Positions 52,301 to 63,743 of a DNA stretch of 64,000 bases are shown here, one piece after another. The notes beneath the pieces were generated by a model. It saw only the letters and a program-made list of their open reading frames with translations. It did no database searches and was not told where the DNA came from. The first letter of the stretch is position 1. Every line of letters begins with the position of its first letter. The position numbers were made by a program, and so were the translations under genes. The DNA is from Eledone cirrhosa (lineage: Eukaryota): assembly GCA_964016885.1 (NCBI GenBank), contig OZ024744.1, positions 15,624,001-15,688,000 on the forward strand, read 5' to 3'.

Positions 52301-55300
52301 AGTGTGAGTGTGTCAGTGTGTATGTCAGTGTGTCAGTGTCTATGTGAGTGTGTCAATGTGTATGTGAGTGTGAGTGTGAGATTGCCAGTGTGTATGTGAG
52401 TGTGTCAGTGTGTATGTAAGTGTGTCAGTGTGTATGTCAGTCTCAGTGTGTCAGTGTGTATGTGAGTGTGTCAGTGTGTATGTGAGTGTGTCAATGTGTA
52501 TGTGAGTGTGAGTTTGTCGGTGTGTATGTGAGTGTGTCAGTGTGTATGTCAGTCTCAGTGTGTCAGTGTGTATGTCAGTGTGTCAGTGTGTATGTGAGTG
52601 CGTCAGTGTGTATGTGAGTGTCAGTGTGTATGTGAGTCTGAGTGTGAGTGTGTCAGTGTGTGTGTAAGTGTGAGTGTGTCAGTGTGTATGTGAGTGTGTC
52701 AGTGTGTATGTGAGTGTGTCAGTGTGTAGCTGAGTGTGAGTGTGTCAAAGTGTATGTGAGTGTGAGTATGTCAGTGTGTATGTGAGTGTGTCAGTGTGTA
52801 TGTGAGTGTGTCAGTGTGTATGTGAGTGTGAGTGTGTCAGTGTGTATGTGAGTGTGTCAGTGTGTATGTGAGTGTGGGAGTGTGTATGTGAGTGTGAGTG
52901 CGAGAGTGTTAGTGTGTATGTGAGTGTGAGTGTGTCAGTGTGTATGTGAGTGTGTCAGTCTGTATGTGAGTGTGGCAGTGTGTATGTGAGTGTGAGTGCC
53001 AGTGTGTCAGTGTGTATGTGAGTGCGAGTGTGTCAGCGTGTATATGAGTGTGAGTGTGTCAGTGTGTATGTGAGTGTGTCAGTGTGTATGTGAGTGTGAG
53101 TGTGAGTGTGTCAGTCTGTATGTGAGTGTGAATGTGTCAGTGTGCATGCGAGTGTGTCAGTGTATGTGTGAGTGTGAGTGTGAGTGTGTCAGTGTGTGTG
53201 AGAGTTTATCAGTGTGTATGTGAGTGTGTCAGTGTGTATGTGAGTGTGAGTGTGTCAGTGTGTATGTGTATGTGAGTGTGTCAGGGCGTATGTGAGTGTG
53301 TCAGTGTTTATGTGAGCGTGAGTGCGAGTGTGTCAGTGTGTATGTCAGTGTCATTGTGTCAGTGTGTATGTGAGTGTGACAGAATGTATGTGAGTGTGAG
53401 TGAGAATGTGTCAATGTGTATGTCAGTCTCAGTGAGTCAGTGTGTGAGTGTGAGTGTGAGCGTGTCAGTGTGTATGTGAGTGTGTCAATGTGTATGTGAA
53501 TGTGAGCGTGTCAGTTTGTATGTGAGTGTGTCAGTGTGTATGTGAGTGTGAGTGCGAGTGTGTCAGTGTGTATGTGAGTGCGAGTGTGTCAGTGTGTATG
53601 TGAGTGTAAGTGTGTCAGTGTGTATGTGAGTGTGTCAGTGTGTATGTGAGTGTGAGTGTGTCAGTGTGTATGTGAGTGTGTGTGTCAGTGTGTATGTGAG
53701 TGTGAGTGTGAGTGTGTCAGTGTGTATGTGAGTGTGTCAGTGTGTATGTGAGTGTGAGTGTGAGTGTGTTAGTGTGTATGTGAATGTGAGTGTGTCAGTG
53801 TGTTTGTGAGTGTGTCAGTGTGTATGTGAGTGTGTATGTCAGTGTGTCAGTGTGTATGTGAGTGTGTCAATGTGTATGTTAGTGTGAGTGTGTATGTGAG
53901 TGTGAGTGTGATTTTGTCACTGTGTATGTGAGTGTGTCAGTGTGTATGTGAGTGTGAGTGTGTCAGTGTGTATGTGAGTGTGTCAGTGTGTATGTTAGTG
54001 TGAGTGTGTCAGTGTGTATGTCAGTGTTAGTGTGTCAGTGTGTATGTGAGTGTGAGTGTGAGTGTGACAGTGTGTATGTGAATGTGAGTGTGTCAGTGTG
54101 CATATGAGTGTGTCAGTGTGTATGTGAGTATGAGTGTGTCAGTGTGTATGTGAGTATGATTGTGTCAGTGTGTACGTGAGTGTGTCAGAGTGTACGTGAG
54201 TGTGAGTGAGAATGTGTCAATGTGTATGTCAGTCTCACTGTGTCAGTGTGTGAGTGCGTGTGTGAGCGTGTCAGTGTGTATGTGAGTTTGTCAATGTGTA
54301 TGTGAGTGTGAGTGTGTCAGTTTGTATGTGAGTGTGTCAGTGTGTATGTGAGTGTGAGTTTGAGTGTGTCAGTGTGTATGTGAGAGTCAGTATGTGAGTG
54401 TGTAAGTGTGAGTGTGAGTGTGTATGTGCGTATGTGAGTGTGTCAGTGTGTATGTGAGTGTGAGTGTGTCAGTGTGTATGTTAGTGTGTCAGTGTGTATG
54501 TGAGCGTGAGTGTGAGTGTGTCATTGTGTATGTGAGTGTGTCAGTGTGTATGTGAGTGTGAGTGTGTCATGTCAGTGTGTGTGTCAGTGTGTCAGAGTGT
54601 ATGTGACTGTGTCAGTGTGTATGTAAGTGTGAGTGTGAGTGTGTCATTGTGTATGTGAGTGTGTCAGTGTGTATGTGAGTGTGAGTGTCTCAGTGTGTAT
54701 GTGAGTGTGAGTGTGTTAGTGTGTATGTGAGTGTGTCAGTGTGAGTGTGAGTGTGTCAGTGTGTGTGTGAGTGTGAGTGTGTCAGTGTGTATGTGAGTGT
54801 GAGTGTGTCAGTGTGTATGTGAGTGTGAGTGTGAGTTTGTCAGTGTGTATGTGAGTGTGAGTGTGAGTGTGAGTGTGTGAGTGTGTATGTGAGTGTGTCA
54901 GTGTGTATGTGTGTGTGAGTGTAAGTGTGTGAGGGTGTGTGTGAGTGTGTGAGTGTGGATGTGAGTCTGTCAGTGTGTATGTGAGTGTGTCAGTGTGTAT
55001 GAGAGTGTGAGTGTGTCAGTGTGTATGTGAGTGTGAGTGTGTCAGTGTGTATATGAGAGTGTCAGTGTGTATGTGAGTGTGAGTGTGTCAGTAGGTGTGT
55101 CAGTGTGTATGTGAGTGTGTCAGTGTGTATGTGAATGTGCATGTGACTGTGTCAGTGTGTATGTGAATATGAGTATGTGTGTGTCAGTGTGTATGTGAGT
55201 GTGTCAGTGTGTATGTGAGTGTGAGTGTGAGTGTGTCAGTGTGTATGTGAGTGTGTCAATGTGTATGTGAGTGTGAGAGTGAGTGTGTCAGTGTGTATGT

Positions 55301-55516
55301 GAGTATGTCAGTGTGTATGTGAGTGTGATTGTGAGTGTGTCAGTGTGTATGTGAGTGTGAGTGTGTCAGTGTGTATGTCAGTGTGTCAGTGTCTATGTGA
55401 GTGTGTCAATGTGTATGTGAGTGTGAGTGTGAGATTGCCAGTGTGTATGTGAGTGTGTCAGTGTGTATGTAAGTGTGTCAGTGTGTATGTCAGTCTCAGT
55501 GTGTCAGTGTGTATGT
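49380..55516 (+). repeat. Tandem duplication, period ~3.05-3.08 kb, junction near 52460
   Basis: TTTGTCGG (49441/52519) and TAGCTGAG (49651/52729) offset 3078; identical ORFs at 50230/53276 offset 3046; GTGGATG (51901/54955) offset 3054; ATTGCCAG (52381/55434) offset 3053. Confidence 0.92.
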
Positions 55517-56775
55517 CAGTGTGTCAGTGTGTCAGTGTGTATGTGAGTGTGTCAGTGTGTATGTGCGTGTCAGTGTGTATGTGAGTGTGAGTGTGAGTGT
55601 GTCAGTGTGTGTGTAAGTGTGAGTGTGTCAGTGTGTATGTGAGTGTGAGTATGTCAGTGTGTATGTGAGTGTGAGTGTGTCAGTGTGTATGTGAGTGTGA
55701 GTGTGAGTGTGTCAGTGTGTATGAGTGTGTCAGTGTGTAAGTGAGTGTGAGTTTGAGTGTGTCAGTGTGTATGTGAGAGTCAGTGTGTGAGTGTGTAAGT
55801 GTGAGTGTGTGTGTGTAAGTGCGTATGTGAGTGTGTCAGTGTGTATGTGAGTGTGTCAGTGTGTATGTGAGTGTGAGTGTGTCAGTGTGTATGTTAGTGT
55901 GTCAGTGTGTATGTGAGCGTGAGTGTGAGTGTGTCATTGTGTATGTGAGTGTGTCAGTGTGTATGTGAGTGTGAGTGTGTCATGTCAGTGTGTGTGTGAG
56001 TGTGTCAGAGTGTATGTGACTGTGTCAGTGTGTATGTGAGTGTGAGTGCGAGTGTGTCAGTGTGTATGTGAGTGCGAGTGTGTCAGTGTGTATGTGAGTG
56101 TAAGTGTGTCAGTGTGTATGTGAGTGTGTCAGTGTGTATGTGAGTGTGAGTGTGTCAGTGTGTATGTGAGTGTGTGTGTCAGTGTGTATGTGAGTGTGAG
56201 TGTGAGTGTGTCAGTGTGTATGTGAGTGTGTCAGTGTGTATGTGAGTGTGAGTGTGAGTGTGTTAGTGTGTATGTGAGTGTGTCAGTGTGTTTGTGAGTG
56301 TGTCAGTGTGTATGTGAGAGTGTATGTCAGTGTGTCAGTGTATATGTGAGTGTGTCAATGTGTATGTGAGTGTGAGTGTGTATGTGAGTGTGAGTGTGAG
56401 TGTGAGTTTGTCAGTGTGTATGTGAGTGTGTGAGTGTGTATGTGAGTGTGAGTGTGTCAGTGTGTATGTGAGTGTGTCAGTGTGTATGTTAGTGTGTCAG
56501 TGTGTATGTGAGTGTTAGTGTGTCAGTGTGTATGTGAGTGTGAGTGTGAGTGTGCCAGTGTGTATGTGAGTGTGAGTGTGTCAGTGTGTATGTGAGTGTG
56601 TCAGTGTGTATGTGAGTGTCAGTGTGTCAGTGTGTATGTGAGTGTGATTGTGTCAGTGTGTATGTGTATGTGTCAGAGTGTATGTGAGTGTGAGTGAGAA
56701 TGTGTCAGTGTGTATGTGAGTGTGATTGTGTCAGTGTGTATGTGAGTGTGTCAGTGTGTATGTGAGTGTGAGTGT

Positions 56776-59700
56776 GAGTGTGTCAGTGTGTATGTGAGTG
56801 TGATTGTGTCAGTGTGTATGTGAGTGTCTCAGAATGTATGTGAGTGTGAGTGAGAATGTGTCAATGTGTATGTCAGTCTCAGTGTGTCAGTGTGTGAGTG
56901 CGTGTGTTAGCGTGTCAGTGTGTATGTGAGTGTGTCAATGTGTATGTGAGTGTGAGTGTGTCAGTTTGTATGTGAGTGTGTCAGTGTGTCAGTGTGTATG
57001 TGAGTGTGAGTTTGAGTGTGTATGTGCGTATGTGAGTGTGTCAGTGTGTATGTGAGTGTGTCAGTGTGTATGTGAGTGTGAGTGTGTCAGTGTGTATGTT
57101 AGTGTGTCAGTGTGTATGTGAGCGTGAGTGTGAGTGTATCATTGTGTATGTGAGTGTGTCAGTTTGTATGTGAGTGTGAGTGTGTCATGTCTGTGTGTGT
57201 GTGAGTGTGTCAGAGTGTATGTGACTGTGTCAGTGTGTATGTAAGTGTGAGTGTGAGTGTGAGTGTGTCAGTGTGTATGTGAGTGTGTCAGTGTGTATGT
57301 GAGTGTGAGTGTGTCAGTGTGTATGTGTATGTGAGTGTGTCAGGGCGTATGTGAGTGTGTGAGTGTTTATGAGAGCGTGAGTGCGAGTGTGTCAGTGTGT
57401 ATGTGAGTGTCATTGTGTCAGTGTGTATGTGAGTGTGTCAGAATGTATGTGAGTGTGAGTGAGAATGTGTCAATGTGTATGTCAGTCTCAGTGAGTCAGT
57501 GTGTGAGTTTGAGTGTGAGCGTGTCAGTGTGTATGTGAGTGTGTCAATGTGTATGTGAGTGTGAGCGTGTCAGTTTGTATGTGAGTGTCTCAGTGTGTAT
57601 GTGAGTGTGTGTGTGAGTGTGAGTGTGTGAGTGTCTATGTGAATGTGTCAGTGTGTATGTGTGTGTGAGTGTAAGTGTGTGAGTGTGTGTGTGAGTGTGT
57701 GAGTGTGTATGTGAGTGTGTCAGTGTGTATGTGAGTGTGAGTGTGTCAGTGTGTATGTGAGTGTGAGTGTGTCAGTGTGTATGTGAGTGTGAGTGTGTCA
57801 GTAGGTGTGTCAGTGTGTATGTGAGTGTGTCAGTGTGTAAGTGAGTGTGCATGTGAGTGTCTCAGTGTGTATGTGAGTGTGTCAGTGTGTATGTGAGTGT
57901 CAGTGTGAGTGTGTCAGTGTGTATGTGAGTGTGCGTGTGTCAGTGTGTGTGTGAGTGTGTCAGTGTGTATGTGAGTGTGTCAGTGTGTAGCTGAGTGTGA
58001 GTGTGTCAGTGTGTATGTAAGTGTGAGTATGTCAGTGTGTATGTGAGTGTGAGTGTGTCAGTGTGTATATGAGTGTGAGTGTATCAGTGTGTATGTGAGT
58101 GTGTCAGTGTGTATGTGAGTGTGAGTGTGAGTCTGTCAGTGTGTATGTGAGTGTGAGTGTGTCAGTGTGTATGTGAGTGTGAGTGTGTCAGTAGGTGTGT
58201 CAGTGTGTATGTGAGTGTGTCAGTGTGTATGTGAGTGTGCATGTGAGTGTGTCAGTGTGTATGTGAGTGTGTCAGTGTGTATGTGAGTGTCAGTGTGAGT
58301 GTGTCAGTGTGTATGTGAGTGTGCGTGTGTCAGTGTGTGTGTGAGTGTGTCAGTGTGTATGTGAGTGTGTTAGTGTGCATGTGAGTGTGAGTGTGTCAGT
58401 GTGTATGTGAGTGTGTCAGTGTGTATGTGAGTGTGAGTGCGAGTGTGTCAGTGTGTATGTAAGTGCGAGTGTGTCAGTGTGTATGTGAGTTTGAGTGTGT
58501 CAGTGAATATGTGAGTGTGTCAGTGTGTATGTGAATATGAGTGTGTGTGTGTCAGTGTGTATGTGAGTGTGTCAGTGTGTATGTGAGTGTGTGTGTGAGT
58601 GCGTCAGTGTGTATGTGAGTGTGTCAGTGTGTATGTGACTGTGAGTGTGAGTGTGTCAGTGTGTATGTGAGTGTGTCAGTGTGTATGGAAGTGTATTTCA
58701 GTGTGTATGTGAGTGTGAGTGTGAGTGTGTGAGTATGTATGTGAGTGTGTCAATGTGTATGTGAGTGTGAGTGTGTCAATGTGTATTTTGAGTGTGAGTG
58801 TGAGTTTGTCGGTGTGTATGTGAGTGTGTCAGTGTGTCTGTGAGTGTGAGTGTGTCAGTGTGTATGTGTGTGTGTCAGTGTGTATGTGAGTGTGTCAGTG
58901 TGTATGTGAGTGTCAGTGTGTCAGTGTGTGTTTGAGTGTGTCAGTGTGTATGTGAGTGTGTCAGTGTGTATGTGAGTGTGTATGTGTCAGTGTGTATCTG
59001 AGTGTGAGTGTGTCAGTGTATATGTGAGTGTGTCAGTGTGTATGTGAGTGTGAGTCTGAGTGTGTCAGTGTGTATGTGAGTGTGTCAGTGTGTATGTGAA
59101 TATGAGTATGTGTGTGTCAGTGTGTATGTGAGTGTGTCAGTGTGTATGTGAGTGTGAGTGTGAGTGCGTCAGTGTGTATGTGAGTGTGTCAGTGTGTATG
59201 TGAGTGTGAGTGTGAGTGTGTCAGTGTGTATGTGAGTGTGAGTGTGTCAGTGTGTTTGTGAGTGTGTCAGTGTGTATGTGAGTGTGTATGTCAGTGTGTC
59301 AGTGTCTATGTGAGTGTGTCAAGTGTATGTGAGTGTGTGTGTGAGTTTGTCAGTGTGTATGTGAGTGTGTCAGTGTGTATGTCAGTCTCAGTGTGTCAGT
59401 GTGTATGTCAGCGTGTCAGTGTGTATGTGAGTGTCAGTGTGTATGTGAGTGTGAGTGTGAGTGTGTCAGTTTGTGTGTAAGTGTGAGTGTGTCAGTGTGT
59501 ATGTGAGTGTGTCAGTGTGTAGCTGAGTGTGAGTGTGTCAGTGTGTATGTGAGTGTGAGTATGTCAGTGTGTATGTGAGTGTGAGTGTGTCAGTGTGTAT
59601 ATGAGTGTGAGTGTATCAGTGTGTATGTGAGTGTGTCAGTGTGTATGTGAGTGTGAGTGTGAGTGTGTCAGTGTGTATGTGAGTGTGAGTGTTCCAGTGT

Positions 59701-62700
59701 GTATGTGTGTGTGTCAATGTGTATGTGAGTGTGAGTGTGTCAGTTTGTATGTGAGTGTGAGTGTGTCAGTGTGTATGTGAGTGTGAGTGCGAGAGTGTCA
59801 GTGTGTATGTGAGTGTGAGTGTGTCAGTGTGTATGTGAGTGTGTCAGTCTGTATGTGAGTGTGGCAGTGTGTATGTGAGTGTGAGTGCGAGTGTGTCAGT
59901 ATGTATGTGAGTGCGAGTGTGTCAGCGTGTATATGAGTGTGAGTGTGTCAGTGTGTATGTGAGTGTGTCAGTGTGTATGTGAGTGTGAGTGTGAGTGTGT
60001 CAGTCTGTATGTGAGTGTGAATGTGTCAGTGTGTATGTGAGTGTGTCAGTGTGTGTGTGAGTGTGAGTGTGAGTGTGTCAGTGTGTGTGAGAGTTTATCA
60101 GTGTGTATGTGAGTGTGTCAGTGTGTATGTGAGTGTGAGTGTGAGTGTGTCAGTGTGTATGTGAGTGTGAGTGTGTCAGTGTGTATGTGTATGTGAGTGT
60201 GTCAGGGCGTATGTGAGTGTGTCAGTGTTTATGTGAGCGTGAGTGCGAGTGTGTCAGTGTGTATGTGAGTGTGATTGTGTCAGTGTGTATGTGAGTGTCT
60301 CAGAATGTATGTGAGTGTGAGTGAGAATGTGTCAATGTGTATGTCAGTCTCAGTGTGTCAGTGTGTGAGTGCGTGTGTTAGCGTGTCAGTGTGTATGTGA
60401 GTGTGTCAATGTGTATGTGAGTGTGAGTGTGTCAGTTTGTATGTGAGTGTGTCAGTGTGTCAGTGTGTATGTGAGTGTGAGTTTGAGTGTGTATGTGCGT
60501 ATGTGAGTGTGTCAGTGTGTATGTGAGTGTGTCAGTGTGTATGTGAGTGTGAGTGTGTCAGTGTGTATGTTAGTGTGTCAGTGTGTATGTGAGCGTGAGT
60601 GTGAGTGTATCATTGTGTATGTGAGTGTGTCAGTTTGTATGTGAGTGTGAGTGTGTCATGTCTGTGTGTGTGTGAGTGTGTCAGAGTGTATGTGACTGTG
60701 TCAGTGTGTATGTAAGTGTGAGTGTGAGTGTGAGTGTGTCAGTGTGTATGTGAGTGTGTCAGTGTGTATGTGAGTGTGAGTGTGTCAGTGTGTATGTGTA
60801 TGTGAGTGTGTCAGGGCGTATGTGAGTGTGTGAGTGTTTATGAGAGCGTGAGTGCGAGTGTGTCAGTGTGTATGTGAGTGTCATTGTGTCAGTGTGTATG
60901 TGAGTGTGTCAGAATGTATGTGAGTGTGAGTGAGAATGTGTCAATGTGTATGTCAGTCTCAGTGAGTCAGTGTGTGAGTTTGAGTGTGAGCGTGTCAGTG
61001 TGTATGTGAGTGTGTCAATGTGTATGTGAGTGTGAGCGTGTCAGTTTGTATGTGAGTGTCTCAGTGTGTATGTGAGTGTGTGTGTGAGTGTGAGTGTGTG
61101 AGTGTCTATGTGAATGTGTCAGTGTGTATGTGTGTGTGAGTGTAAGTGTGTGAGTGTGTGTGTGAGTGTGTGAGTGTGTATGTGAGTGTGTCAGTGTGTA
61201 TGTGAGTGTGAGTGTGTCAGTGTGTATGTGAGTGTGAGTGTGTCAGTGTGTATGTGAGTGTGAGTGTGTCAGTAGGTGTGTCAGTGTGTATGTGAGTGTG
61301 TCAGTGTGTAAGTGAGTGTGCATGTGAGTGTCTCAGTGTGTATGTGAGTGTGTCAGTGTGTATGTGAGTGTCAGTGTGAGTGTGTCAGTGTGTATGTGAG
61401 TGTGCGTGTGTCAGTGTGTGTGTGAGTGTGTCAGTGTGTATGTGAGTGTGTCAGTGTGTAGCTGAGTGTGAGTGTGTCAGTGTGTATGTAAGTGTGAGTA
61501 TGTCAGTGTGTATGTGAGTGTGAGTGTGTCAGTGTGTATATGAGTGTGAGTGTATCAGTGTGTATGTGAGTGTGTCAGTGTGTATGTGAGTGTGAGTGTG
61601 AGTCTGTCAGTGTGTATGTGAGTGTGAGTGTGTCAGTGTGTATGTGAGTGTGAGTGTGTCAGTAGGTGTGTCAGTGTGTATGTGAGTGTGTCAGTGTGTA
61701 TGTGAGTGTGCATGTGAGTGTGTCAGTGTGTATGTGAGTGTGTCAGTGTGTATGTGAGTGTCAGTGTGAGTGTGTCAGTGTGTATGTGAGTGTGCGTGTG
61801 TCAGTGTGTGTGTGAGTGTGTCAGTGTGTATGTGAGTGTGTTAGTGTGCATGTGAGTGTGAGTGTGTCAGTGTGTATGTGAGTGTGTCAGTGTGTATGTG
61901 AGTGTGAGTGCGAGTGTGTCAGTGTGTATGTAAGTGCGAGTGTGTCAGTGTGTATGTGAGTTTGAGTGTGTCAGTGAATATGTGAGTGTGTCAGTGTGTA
62001 TGTGAATATGAGTGTGTGTGTGTCAGTGTGTATGTGAGTGTGTCAGTGTGTATGTGAGTGTGTGTGTGAGTGCGTCAGTGTGTATGTGAGTGTGTCAGTG
62101 TGTATGTGACTGTGAGTGTGAGTGTGTCAGTGTGTATGTGAGTGTGTCAGTGTGTATGGAAGTGTATTTCAGTGTGTATGTGAGTGTGAGTGTGAGTGTG
62201 TGAGTATGTATGTGAGTGTGTCAATGTGTATGTGAGTGTGAGTGTGTCAATGTGTATTTTGAGTGTGAGTGTGAGTTTGTCGGTGTGTATGTGAGTGTGT
62301 CAGTGTGTCTGTGAGTGTGAGTGTGTCAGTGTGTATGTGTGTGTGTCAGTGTGTATGTGAGTGTGTCAGTGTGTATGTGAGTGTCAGTGTGTCAGTGTGT
62401 GTTTGAGTGTGTCAGTGTGTATGTGAGTGTGTCAGTGTGTATGTGAGTGTGTATGTGTCAGTGTGTATCTGAGTGTGAGTGTGTCAGTGTATATGTGAGT
62501 GTGTCAGTGTGTATGTGAGTGTGAGTCTGAGTGTGTCAGTGTGTATGTGAGTGTGTCAGTGTGTATGTGAATATGAGTATGTGTGTGTCAGTGTGTATGT
62601 GAGTGTGTCAGTGTGTATGTGAGTGTGAGTGTGAGTGCGTCAGTGTGTATGTGAGTGTGTCAGTGTGTATGTGAGTGTGAGTGTGAGTGTGTCAGTGTGT

Positions 62701-63743
62701 ATGTGAGTGTGAGTGTGTCAGTGTGTTTGTGAGTGTGTCAGTGTGTATGTGAGTGTGTATGTCAGTGTGTCAGTGTCTATGTGAGTGTGTCAAGTGTATG
62801 TGAGTGTGTGTGTGAGTTTGTCAGTGTGTATGTGAGTGTGTCAGTGTGTATGTCAGTCTCAGTGTGTCAGTGTGTATGTCAGCGTGTCAGTGTGTATGTG
62901 AGTGTCAGTGTGTATGTGAGTGTGAGTGTGAGTGTGTCAGTTTGTGTGTAAGTGTGAGTGTGTCAGTGTGTATGTGAGTGTGTCAGTGTGTAGCTGAGTG
63001 TGAGTGTGTCAGTGTGTATGTGAGTGTGAGTATGTCAGTGTGTATGTGAGTGTGAGTGTGTCAGTGTGTATATGAGTGTGAGTGTATCAGTGTGTATGTG
63101 AGTGTGTCAGTGTGTATGTGAGTGTGAGTGTGAGTGTGTCAGTGTGTATGTGAGTGTGAGTGTTCCAGTGTGTATGTGTGTGTGTCAATGTGTATGTGAG
63201 TGTGAGTGTGTCAGTTTGTATGTGAGTGTGAGTGTGTCAGTGTGTATGTGAGTGTGAGTGCGAGAGTGTCAGTGTGTATGTGAGTGTGAGTGTGTCAGTG
63301 TGTATGTGAGTGTGTCAGTCTGTATGTGAGTGTGGCAGTGTGTATGTGAGTGTGAGTGCGAGTGTGTCAGTATGTATGTGAGTGCGAGTGTGTCAGCGTG
63401 TATATGAGTGTGAGTGTGTCAGTGTGTATGTGAGTGTGTCAGTGTGTATGTGAGTGTGAGTGTGAGTGTGTCAGTCTGTATGTGAGTGTGAATGTGTCAG
63501 TGTGTATGTGAGTGTGTCAGTGTGTGTGTGAGTGTGAGTGTGAGTGTGTCAGTGTGTGTGAGAGTTTATCAGTGTGTATGTGAGTGTGTCAGTGTGTATG
63601 TGAGTGTGAGTGTGAGTGTGTCAGTGTGTATGTGAGTGTGAGTGTGTCAGTGTGTATGTGTATGTGAGTGTGTCAGGGCGTATGTGAGTGTGTCAGTGTT
63701 TATGTGAGCGTGAGTGCGAGTGTGTCAGTGTGTATGTGAGTGT
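56776..63743 (+). repeat. Apparently perfect tandem duplication, period 3471 bp, junction near 60247
   Basis: CTCAGAATG (56830/60301), CAGGGCGTAT (57341/60812 and 60203/63674), TCAGTGAATA (58500/61971) and identical ORFs (59262/62733) are all offset by 3471. Confidence 0.94.

Noticed and set aside
3200-62951. Seven 61-72 aa Cys/Val/Ser-rich ORFs, superficially metallothionein-like
   Set aside because: They are direct translations of the satellite (CQCVCE/VSVYVS), start at GTG or TTG inside monomers, and the identical pairs simply follow the DNA duplications. All common unit lengths are 2 mod 3, so frames rotate and usually meet a TGA within a few monomers.
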